Assembly (NCBI GenBank): GCA_020632015.1
Contig: JACKGI010000001.1
Span: forward strand, 23,574 to 87,573
DNA: 64,000 nucleotides
Origin: Candidatus Nomurabacteria bacterium
GTDB lineage: Bacteria; Patescibacteriota; Minisyncoccia; Phycocordibacterales; UBA918
Reading direction: 5' to 3'
Made by a program: the position numbers and the translations under genes. How positions within the stretch are numbered: the stretch's first letter is position 1; each line of letters starts with the position of its first letter. Positions 27,220 to 34,305 of this stretch are shown here, piece after piece. The notes beneath the pieces are model-generated. The model saw only the letters and a program-made list of their open reading frames with translations, did not search any database and was not told the origin of the DNA.

Positions 27220-27363
27220 TGGTGTTCTACATAACTTAAACCCCAACCAATCCGCTAAAAGCGAAAAATGTAAAAGTAAACCATGCAAACCAATAGTAGA
27301 TTGCTAAATTGACTTTTACGGCTATGGTTTTTGCTACTTGCATAAATTCAGTATATGCCAATC

Positions 27364-28821
27364 TTATAAGCTGTCAACAATATCCTCTGCTCCTAGACTG
27401 ACTGTAGTTGTAGACCCTACTGATTCAGATGTTGTTGTAGAAACCTCACCTTCTTCCTCTGATGTAACTGTTGAAGATGCTGTTTCGTTTTCTGTTTTTA
27501 CTTCTTCTGTAGTAGTACTGGTAGACGTGGAAACTGCTGAAGGTAAAGTAATTTGTTCAAGGTTTAGGATTTTAAATACATCTTCAGCAAGAGCAGTTGC
27601 TTCATTAGTCATAATCTTAAATTCCTCAAAACTATCGACTGTGCTCATTTTTTCTAATGTTTCACTGATTTGGTCTTGCGCAAAATTAACTTTTGCTTTT
27701 ATTTCTGAATTAGTAACTTGTACAGACAAATCATCAATCATCTTTAGTTTATTTGTTAATTCAGTAGTCAAATCTTTTCTTTGTGATTCTTTTTCTTCGG
27801 GAGTCAAAACAACCGGAATAAGTGTTTCAATGTCTATCGTCTTAATAACTTCTAATTCAGTCATGTACACAATAAGACGTTGAGTCCTCTGAATAACGGA
27901 AACCAATTGATGTCTAGCCACTAATTCATCAGACGAAACTGTTTCTGTTGCTTCTTGAATTGCACGGTTTATATCCTCTGCCCTTCGTTTAACATCAACC
28001 AGTTCTTCAGCTGGAGCAACTTTTTCAAGTGCAGACAAAAGTTCATAAATTCTAGTAGTGTTCTCCTCAACCCGAGCCATCAGTTTTGCGTAGGCTGGTG
28101 GAGTTGAAGAAGAAACAGATTCCTCTGGCTTAGTTCTAGACTCATCTATTGCACTAGCAATAAGATTTATCGGACGATTGTCATTGTCGATTGATTCGCT
28201 AGAAAGTAACAAAGCTACATCATCTTCCCCCTTTAGAGATGATGACTGTAACTCAAGTGTAGTATCGAGTGCAATCGCCGCAATAGTGGCCGCATCTTCA
28301 TCCTCATTTCGAAGTTCAGCAATTTCTCTTTGTGCATTAGCAGAGTGAACTCTGACCGCTTCAGCTACGTCTGCCTCCGCCTCTTCAGTTAGACGTCCTT
28401 CGCTAGCCAAAAGACGAGCTTCGGCGATTCGGCGATTCAAGCGTTCTGTTTCCCACTCAACTTTTTGGTAAGTATCAAAAGTAAGGGTACTTCTTAATTC
28501 TTCGTTAAACTGAACCTTTACCGCATAAAGTGCATCTCCTGGCACCGCTCGCTCAGCCACAAAAGGAATAACCACTAAAAATAGTGCTGCTGTAACAGCT
28601 GAATATTTAAATATTGCAGTAAACGGAATCTTGAAAGTAGCAAAAGGTTCGGCTGTTTGTACTGGTACTTTATTGACTGAATTATTAGTTTCTTTCATTG
28701 AAGCCGGCAAAGGATGATACTCCATATACGAAACAACCCGCTCTCGCAGTTCACGCTTTTCCTCTGCCCGTAGTTTTACAGACTGAGCTCGTGTATTTAG
28801 TTGTTCGCTAAATTTTTTCAT
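27364..28821 (-). CDS. membrane protein, putative anti-sigma factor (context-based)
   Basis: 485 aa. Its start overlaps the sigma-factor stop by 4 nt. It has a short cytoplasmic N-terminus, one TM helix (YSAVTAALFLVVIPFV), a long helical extracytoplasmic domain and a Ser/Thr-rich tail. Confidence 0.5.
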   Translation of the reverse strand: MKKFSEQLNTRAQSVKLRAEEKRELRERVVSYMEYHPLPASMKETNNSVNKVPVQTAEPFATFKIPFTAIFKYSAVTAALFLVVIPFVAERAVPGDALYAVKVQFNEELRSTLTFDTYQKVEWETERLNRRIAEARLLASEGRLTEEAEADVAEAVRVHSANAQREIAELRNEDEDAATIAAIALDTTLELQSSSLKGEDDVALLLSSESIDNDNRPINLIASAIDESRTKPEESVSSSTPPAYAKLMARVEENTTRIYELLSALEKVAPAEELVDVKRRAEDINRAIQEATETVSSDELVARHQLVSVIQRTQRLIVYMTELEVIKTIDIETLIPVVLTPEEKESQRKDLTTELTNKLKMIDDLSVQVTNSEIKAKVNFAQDQISETLEKMSTVDSFEEFKIMTNEATALAEDVFKILNLEQITLPSAVSTSTSTTTEEVKTENETASSTVTSEEEGEVSTTTSESVGSTTTVSLGAEDIVDSL

Positions 28822-29465
28822 GTTTTTGTTTGGTTCTTTGCGTTGGCTTTCCTTTTTACCTCTGCATATTCATCTTGGGCTTCAATCTTTTGTCTAAGTA
28901 ACTTTAGTCCGCGATGTATCCTAACTGAGACTATATTTTCGCTTTCCTCTATCAGGTCACTGATTTCTTTTGGCCCCAACTGATCAACGAACCGAAGGAT
29001 AATCACCTCTCGGTACTGGTCTGGCAGTTCCTGAAGCAGGTCAAAGGCTTTTTTACCATCAATTGTGGCTGCCAAGACCTCGGCTGTGCTTTCTGTTAGG
29101 TCATCGAACGAACCTTCGTCTACTCCTTCTTTTTCCATCAGGGCATCCAATGAAGTTTCCTTCCGTTTACGATATTCATCAATAATAAGATTATTGAGAA
29201 CTTTGTATAAAAATGGACGAAAAGAATCTATTTCATACCCTTCTCTGATATATGACCAAACCTTGGTAAAGGCGTCATGCACCAAATCGATGGCCTTTTC
29301 ACGGTTACTCACACGAATTAACGCGTGCCTAAACAAGGCATCGTTATATTCCTCGAAAGCTTTCAAAAAACGCGTTTCGTGGTCACTTACGTTGTCAGTC
29401 GTTTCCTTTCCCGCCATGTAAGAACCATTATATACGTAGACGAACGAAACAGCACATTCTTTCAC
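28818..29465 (-). CDS. ECF-type RNA polymerase sigma-70 family factor
   Basis: Region 2 is FRHALIRVSNREKAIDLVHDAFTKVW and region 4 is LPDQYREVIILRFVDQLGPKEISDLIEESENIVSVRIHRGLKLLR. The likely start is the internal Met (MAGKETT, about 29417). Confidence 0.88.
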   Translation of the reverse strand: MKECAVSFVYVYNGSYMAGKETTDNVSDHETRFLKAFEEYNDALFRHALIRVSNREKAIDLVHDAFTKVWSYIREGYEIDSFRPFLYKVLNNLIIDEYRKRKETSLDALMEKEGVDEGSFDDLTESTAEVLAATIDGKKAFDLLQELPDQYREVIILRFVDQLGPKEISDLIEESENIVSVRIHRGLKLLRQKIEAQDEYAEVKRKANAKNQTKT

Positions 29466-29483
29466 AGGATATTATGGTCAAAT

Positions 29484-30119
29484 CTATAATTCCTTGATTA
29501 TTTTCAATAGTTCTGGGAATTCTTCAATTAAAAAGTGGTTTTTATCCTCAAAAGTAACGAATTCTGCCTCTGACAAAGCCTTACTTAAAGCCACGCCATG
29601 CTCATATGGCACAACTGGGTCATCTTCCGAATGAATAATTATTATTCTAAAACCCTTTTCTTGCGCAACGCGTACTTCTTCTGGTGTAATTAAAAAATCC
29701 TTACAATCCTTATCTGGAAAGTCGGGTAAACCGTAAGCTCCAGCCATCAAAATCACTGCTTTGGGCTTAAAAGGTAAATTATAATTACTCAAATATTTAG
29801 CCAAAAACATTGCTCCCAGTGAACAACCAATCAATATTGCTCCTTCCTCTAAATACTCAAAATGTCGCTCAAACCATATCTTCCACTCTTCAAACTTGGC
29901 ATTTTGCTTGTTTGGCATTGGGGGCATCACTACTTCATAGCCTTCGCCAAGGTCTTCTCCTAATGAACTTGTCCATTTTTTATTTAAATTATCTGATCCT
30001 GTGGGCAGATGCCACAACGAAGCGGTTCTTAGTCTTTCTAAAAAATCATCATGATTCTCAAAAGACTCTCCCCCATGAATATAGAATACTTGTTGTTTTT
30101 CCATACTAGAACCACTCAT
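29484..30119 (-). CDS. alpha/beta-fold serine hydrolase (YdeN/RBBP9-like)
   Basis: 211 aa with the nucleophile elbow GCSLG, an acidic SEDDPVVP segment and a C-terminal KNHF histidine. Confidence 0.7.
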   Translation of the reverse strand: MSGSSMEKQQVFYIHGGESFENHDDFLERLRTASLWHLPTGSDNLNKKWTSSLGEDLGEGYEVVMPPMPNKQNAKFEEWKIWFERHFEYLEEGAILIGCSLGAMFLAKYLSNYNLPFKPKAVILMAGAYGLPDFPDKDCKDFLITPEEVRVAQEKGFRIIIIHSEDDPVVPYEHGVALSKALSEAEFVTFEDKNHFLIEEFPELLKIIKEL

Positions 30120-31035
30120 TTCGCTTAAAGTACCAAACCATTAAACCAACAGCCACTATCACGACCCCAACCACTATCTCAAAAGCATAAACGCTTCCAG
30201 CAAATGGCAAAGGTACGTTCATTCCATACAATGAAGAAATAACCATCGGAATGGTGAGCAAGATAGTAAGAACAGTAAGGGTTTTAATACGATTGTTTAG
30301 GTTGTTTGCCAAAATTGCTTCCGATGCACTTCGTACGTTTTGGATTGTCTTCAGAAGAATTCTGGCTGAATCTACTACCTGATCATTATCAATCCTCAAG
30401 TCATCAATTAATTCCCTATCATCATCAAAAATCTGCATATGATGACCAGACATTATTTGTTGCAAAGCAACGTTTGTCGGCAATACAGCCGCCACCATGT
30501 CGTTTAGTTTGTGCTCGTGGTTTACAAATCTAACAATCTCTTGGTTACTTATTTTCCTCAGTTTGACTCTGTCTCTCTGTACTGCACGTCGCAAAGAAAT
30601 CAACTGGCGTTCAAATGATTCGGTAATCATTTCCATCATCTGGATAAACAACTTTGTCTTTTGAGTCGTGTAGGCAATAATTTTACCGTTAATAAATGAC
30701 TCAAATTGTGGCACTGGTCGTTGAGCAATTGTCATCACAAACGCCTCCCCCATCACTATCAGCAAAGGAGCAGTATCTATATCTTCTTCTTGTTCATTAA
30801 ATGGATATCTAGTAAAGAAGTAAGTCATGCCCCCTGCTCTCTCCAGACGAGGGACCTCAAAAAAGTCTTGCGCATCTTCAAGAATATTACTATCTAGTAA
30901 TAATCTGTTAGTCAAAGATGTTAGCTCCTCTTCTGTCGGAGACTCGACATGAATCCAGACTCCATTTCTGATATCAGAGATTTTTTTAAGTTCTGTATCC
31001 TTAACTGTTCTAAAATAATAGGTAATCATGCTCAA
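30106..31035 (-). CDS. corA: CorA-family magnesium/cobalt transporter
   Basis: 309 aa with the YGMNV signature between two C-terminal TM helices. Confidence 0.9.
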   Translation of the reverse strand: MSMITYYFRTVKDTELKKISDIRNGVWIHVESPTEEELTSLTNRLLLDSNILEDAQDFFEVPRLERAGGMTYFFTRYPFNEQEEDIDTAPLLIVMGEAFVMTIAQRPVPQFESFINGKIIAYTTQKTKLFIQMMEMITESFERQLISLRRAVQRDRVKLRKISNQEIVRFVNHEHKLNDMVAAVLPTNVALQQIMSGHHMQIFDDDRELIDDLRIDNDQVVDSARILLKTIQNVRSASEAILANNLNNRIKTLTVLTILLTIPMVISSLYGMNVPLPFAGSVYAFEIVVGVVIVAVGLMVWYFKRNEWF

Positions 31036-31248
31036 TAATTATTGTTGCTAGTATAACATCTACAATATAAGTACTCGCATTTTTTTACTTAAGATGGTAT
31101 ATTTTGCGGACTTTGATTGCGTTTGAGTAATCAAATGTAAGTTAGTTAACGCAAGGTGGAATTTCAAGTTACGAGGTTGTAAGCATAAGCTTTCAACTCT
31201 CATTCAGAACCAAAACGGAAAAGTAAACTTTTTTATTTGTTCTTCATT

Positions 31249-31319
31249 CGGGGTGTAGCATAGTGGTAGTGTGTTCGGTTTGGGACCGAGTGGTCCGGGT
31301 TCGATTCCCGGCTCCCCGA
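31249..31319 (+). tRNA. tRNA-Pro (anticodon UGG)
   Basis: Manual cloverleaf: acceptor CGGGGTG/CTCCCCG (one T-T mismatch at 6:67), anticodon arm TTCGG-TTTGGGA-CCGAG, T arm CCGGG-TTCGATT-CCCGG. CCA is not encoded; the discriminator A is followed by CAA. Confidence 0.85.
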
Positions 31320-31330
31320 CAATAATAAAA

Positions 31331-31362
31331 AGATCTGATAGCTAGTCAGGTCTTTTTATTTT
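31331..31362 (+). terminator. rho-independent terminator after tRNA-Pro
   Basis: AGATCTGA, loop TAGCTAG, TCAGGTCT, followed by TTTTTATTTT. Confidence 0.75.
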
Positions 31363-31481
31363 ACATATCCAACTTCTATACACTCTAGATATGACGAACG
31401 CAGAATCTTTTGACAGATTAGTGTTTCACGTGGCACACTTCTATATTGTTACACATGGAACGTGCTCCATAAGCTTAAAGC

Positions 31482-31907
31482 TTAGTCAAAAATAACATTC
31501 GGTATATATTTAACACTGGCAAACCTTTCACGTGGAACCATCCTAACCGCAACGACATCAATTTCCCACTCTCCGTCATAATTATTTTCTATAATCCAGC
31601 TCTCAATCGCTCTATTCAACCTACTGATCTTAGAATAATGAACATTTTCTTCTGGTCTCCAAGTTCCACGTGAAATAGCAAACTCTAAATCATGTTTTGT
31701 TTCATATGAAACAGCTTTTACCTCAATAAACCTCACAATTTGACCAGATTCCTTTGTTTCATGTGTAACAATATCTATTTCACCCCATTTTTTAAGATAA
31801 TTTGTATCAAGTATTGAAAAACCCTTATTTTTTAAATAATTTACTGCAATCTGTTCGCCAAATGCACCAATTTTATTTTTTAAACCTTTTTTATCAGTTT
31901 GTTTCAT
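31482..31907 (-). CDS. yraN: YraN-family (UPF0102) endonuclease-like protein
   Basis: 141 aa with GAFGEQIAVNYLKNKGFSILDTNY..WGEIDIV...IRFIEVKA. Three parS-like sites lie inside the CDS and one covers the start codon. Confidence 0.85.
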   Translation of the reverse strand: MKQTDKKGLKNKIGAFGEQIAVNYLKNKGFSILDTNYLKKWGEIDIVTHETKESGQIVRFIEVKAVSYETKHDLEFAISRGTWRPEENVHYSKISRLNRAIESWIIENNYDGEWEIDVVAVRMVPRERFASVKYIPNVIFD

Positions 31908-31923
31908 GTGTAACTAAGCTAAT

Positions 31924-31939
31924 TGTTCCACGTGAAACA
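31924..31939. other. perfect consensus parS site
   Basis: TGTTCCACGTGAAACA is identical to the widely conserved chromosomal parS consensus. Confidence 0.85.
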
Positions 31940-31954
31940 TAATTTTGTTTCATG

Positions 31955-32010
31955 TGAAATATAGTCTTTATTATAACACTATAATATAAAAGACATTTGG
32001 TTTTGATATC
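31955..32010. other. AT-rich tract (about 80% A+T by my count), possible DNA-unwinding element
   Basis: TGAAATATAGTCTTTATTATAACACTATAATATAAAAGACATTTGGTTTTGATATC has 11 G/C in 56 nt. It lies between the parS array and the DnaA-box cluster. Confidence 0.4.
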
Positions 32011-32052
32011 TGTGGATTGTCCTTTATCCACCTATCCACTTAGTTATCCCCA
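32011..32052. promoter_or_regulatory. cluster of four DnaA-box-like 9-mers
   Basis: TGTGGATTG at 32011-32019 (inverted orientation, 7/9), TTATCCACC at 32024-32032 (8/9), CTATCCACT at 32032-32040 (7/9) and TTATCCCCA at 32044-32052 (8/9), each compared with TTATCCACA. Confidence 0.5.
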
Positions 32053-32061
32053 TAATTTATA

Positions 32062-32092
32062 CAAACTAAAACACCTGCAAAGCAGGTGTTTT
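32062..32092 (-). terminator. terminator after tRNA-Gly(GCC)
   Basis: AACACCTGC, loop AAA, GCAGGTGTT. On the minus strand it is followed by TTTAGTTTG. Confidence 0.65.
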
Positions 32093-32112
32093 AAACATAG
32101 GTAGTAGATTTG

Positions 32113-32183
32113 TGCGGCTTGGGAGAATCGAACTCCCGACTAATCCTTGGCAAGGACTCATTATACCACTTAACCAAAGCCGC
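32113..32183 (-). tRNA. tRNA-Gly (anticodon GCC)
   Basis: Manual cloverleaf on the minus strand: acceptor GCGGCTT/AAGCCGC, anticodon arm AGTCC-TTGCCAA-GGATT, T arm GGGAG-TTCGATT-CTCCC. CCA is not encoded; the discriminator A is followed by CAA. Confidence 0.9.
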
Positions 32184-32195
32184 ATTATTTAATTC

Positions 32196-32855
32196 CTACC
32201 ATAATTTTTTAGCCATGCGTAGCCACGCTTTTAGCTTTTGTTTATGATATGTGCTGCCGATTATAGTATTTCCAACGCCATCATGCAATCTTTTCTGACT
32301 GCCTTTATTCACAAACTGACACTTATAGAACTGGTGCAAGGGAAGAGTGCTTACTTTAGACCATTTTCTCATTGCTTTTTCTTCTTCTGAATCAGGATAT
32401 AGTTGTAGCCAAATATGAATTGATTGTTTTTCAGCCCCTAGATAATCAACACAAAACCTAACGAAGAGACGGTGTAAATCTGGTGTTTTGTGGCTAAACC
32501 TAACCAATCTATCATCCTGTTGGTCTCCAGAAGTCAGGTAAGCAACGAGTCCAGTCATAAACAGCTGATCATCTTTGTAGTGGTTGAATTCAACCTTGGC
32601 GGACCGCTCAGCGTCTGCGTAGCGCTTCTCGCGCTCATGAGTGCGAGTTTTTGCGATTAACGCAAGCCTTTTTGCATTTTCTTGACCTGCTCGTTTTGTA
32701 TTTTGCTTTGTTACCTGTGCCGAAAAAGCTTTATTTTTCAACCATACTGAGGCCGTTGATTTTGAAATATCACAATATTTAGCAATCTCTTCTAAGGTAA
32801 AGCCTCGCTTGCGCAAACCAATGGCTTGTTGATATTTTTCCTCATCTCGAACCAT
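32196..32855 (-). CDS. HTH-domain protein, unknown function
   Basis: 219 aa with an N-terminal helix-turn-helix (GFTLEEIAKYCDISKSTASVWLKN). The C-terminal domain is unassigned. A LAGLIDADG-like reading of GLVAYLTSGD is too weak to call. Confidence 0.55.
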   Translation of the reverse strand: MVRDEEKYQQAIGLRKRGFTLEEIAKYCDISKSTASVWLKNKAFSAQVTKQNTKRAGQENAKRLALIAKTRTHEREKRYADAERSAKVEFNHYKDDQLFMTGLVAYLTSGDQQDDRLVRFSHKTPDLHRLFVRFCVDYLGAEKQSIHIWLQLYPDSEEEKAMRKWSKVSTLPLHQFYKCQFVNKGSQKRLHDGVGNTIIGSTYHKQKLKAWLRMAKKLW

Positions 32856-32926
32856 ATTGTATGTATATTATATACTAAATACAATTGTTCGATTACAATT
32901 ATTCACAACTCTGATAGACTATTGGT

Positions 32927-33634
32927 ATGAGTCTTCCTGATGAAGTAAATGTAACTGAGCAAATGGTTGATATTTCGTCGCTAACAAAGAAGCAGACGAA
33001 TTACTACAAGCACTTAGCAAGGGAATTGGAGGATAAATACAATGAAATTGGCAAAGGCAGACAAGTTTTTACCCTAAGTGGTCCAGCGGGTTCAGGTAAA
33101 TCAGTAGTTTCAGCAATACTAAATCACCTTTATTCCCTCGAGGCTTCTTTTATTTTTGTAAACATTGGATTAGATGCGTTTCACTTTGAAAATGCTTATC
33201 TGGCAGATAAGAAGCTTCTGGATGCAAAAGGGAGGTTTGATACTTACGACACGGTAAAGCTTTTTGACAAAATGTTGACCTTCAAGGCAGGTCAACCCGT
33301 TTTATTTCCATACTACTCCCGTGAAATACATAATCCTATTGAAGACACTCTCCAAGTAACTAAGTCTAATGTGTTATTACTTTTGGAAGGCCAGTGGTTA
33401 CTTCGTGACAGTGATGATTGGAGCAAGGTACGTGAGCTATCTTCTTTTAACCTATATGTGCAAGGCTCGATTGAGGATATGCGGGAAAATGTAATTCGCC
33501 GTCACATCGTCGGGGGTAGGACAACTGACGAAGCGATGAATTTCTATGCTCAAAACGATTTATCTAACACCGAGCTGGTAATGAGCTCTAGTGTTACTCC
33601 TGATAAGAAAGTATTATTTTACAAGGATATTTAG
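32927..33634 (+). CDS. P-loop kinase, uridine kinase/PRK-like family
   Basis: 235 aa with Walker A LSGPAGSGKSVVS and an overall PRK/YggC-like layout (LLLLEGQWLL as the Walker B-like strand). Confidence 0.65.
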   Translation: MSLPDEVNVTEQMVDISSLTKKQTNYYKHLARELEDKYNEIGKGRQVFTLSGPAGSGKSVVSAILNHLYSLEASFIFVNIGLDAFHFENAYLADKKLLDAKGRFDTYDTVKLFDKMLTFKAGQPVLFPYYSREIHNPIEDTLQVTKSNVLLLLEGQWLLRDSDDWSKVRELSSFNLYVQGSIEDMRENVIRRHIVGGRTTDEAMNFYAQNDLSNTELVMSSSVTPDKKVLFYKDI

Positions 33635-33915
33635 GAATCTCCTGAAACCTCCTCACCTACAATCACAATCCAACCCAGGGGACCAACTACAGCAGAATGT
33701 GGGGTGTTTGGTGGTATATCAAAGCGTCTTGGAGCAATAATCTCTTTCTTCTCACCCTCAAAATCGAAGGCGATTGAACCGTCGGTTACAAATAGTGATA
33801 CTTTTCCGTGGTGTGAGTGTTTAGGATATACTGTTCCAGCTGGATCCTGATGCTCATACACACTAACAAAACCTTCGTCTTCAAATTTTTGTATATATCG
33901 TTCAGATAGTTCCAT
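33631..33915 (-). CDS. cupin-domain protein
   Basis: 94 aa with His-rich cupin motifs (YPKHSHHGKVSLFV; PPNTPHSAV). Confidence 0.7.
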   Translation of the reverse strand: MELSERYIQKFEDEGFVSVYEHQDPAGTVYPKHSHHGKVSLFVTDGSIAFDFEGEKKEIIAPRRFDIPPNTPHSAVVGPLGWIVIVGEEVSGDS

Positions 33916-33999
33916 GGGTATTAAGACTATAATACAATCACAGTATAACTATTGCAAAAACTGACTTTTCGACGTATGATGTTGCGCACCGAAGAAGAT

Positions 34000-34074
34000 G
34001 CACCTATAGTGAAATGGATATCACAACTGACTTCGGATCAGTTATTCTGGGTTCGAGTCCTGGTGGGTGCACCA
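34000..34074 (+). tRNA. tRNA-Arg (anticodon UCG), CCA encoded
   Basis: Manual cloverleaf: acceptor GCACCTA/TGGGTGC, D arm GTGA/TCAC, anticodon arm ACTGA-CTTCGGA-TCAGT, T arm CTGGG-TTCGAGT-CCTGG, 3-prime ACCA. The 137-aa minus-strand ORF across it is spurious. Confidence 0.9.
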
Positions 34075-34084
34075 AGGAAAAAAT

Positions 34085-34117
34085 AAACAGCCGGTATATA
34101 CCGGCTGTTTATTTTTA
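34085..34117 (+). terminator. rho-independent terminator after tRNA-Arg
   Basis: The palindrome AAACAGCCGGTATATACCGGCTGTTT is followed by ATTTTT. Confidence 0.8.
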
Positions 34118-34120
34118 GGA

Positions 34121-34234
34121 AGCAAACTGCTTTGCTTTCGACCTTGGTGCAAGGCGGAGACATGTTTTCTCTCCTACCTAGGGAGAAAACAGTCGAATCG
34201 GGGTCGAAAGTACTTACTAGAATCAGAGCAAAGC
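34121..34234 (+). ncRNA. candidate structured RNA / leader element upstream of cca (family unknown)
   Basis: The nested helices are: GCTTTGCT (34129-34136) with AGCAAAGC (34227-34234); CTTTCGACC (34135-34143) with GGTCGAAAG (34202-34210); hairpin CCTTG-GTG-CAAGG (34142-34154); and hairpin TGTTTTCTCTC / GGGAGAAAACA (34163-34191). There are competing alternative pairings. Confidence 0.35.
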
Positions 34235-34305
34235 GAATGATTATAGTTAGTAACTTGTGACCACACCTTATGCACCTAGTGATAACTCTGATAAAATAAC
34301 CAGAC

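Larger units (their letters stand above)
31422..31961. other. array of eight parS-like 16-mers (centromere-like ParB binding sites)
   Basis: The sites are: 31422 TGTTTCACGTGGCACA; 31447 TGTTACACATGGAACG; 31524 CCTTTCACGTGGAACC; 31662 AGTTCCACGTGAAATA; 31755 TGTTTCATGTGTAACA; 31900 TGTTTCATGTGTAACT; 31924 TGTTCCACGTGAAACA; 31946 TGTTTCATGTGAAATA. They match the consensus TGTTNCACGTGNAACA at 13-16 of 16 positions. Confidence 0.75.

Noticed and set aside
27338-27883. A 181-aa plus-strand ORF. Similar antisense ORFs occur elsewhere (e.g. 10665-11132, 12546-12902, 36850-37314, 42028-42396, 58535-58921).
   Set aside because: They lie entirely antisense within longer ORFs that have clear family motifs. 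Their composition is low-complexity, mirroring the sense strand, and they lack SD sequences. I treat them as shadow ORFs.
31447-31915. A 14-bp inverted repeat GTTACACATG(G/A)AAC flanking yraN, which looks like MITE or cassette ends.
   Set aside because: Both arms belong to the parS-like motif family, and further copies lie inside the gene. There are no target-site duplications and no transposase. The parS array explains it better.
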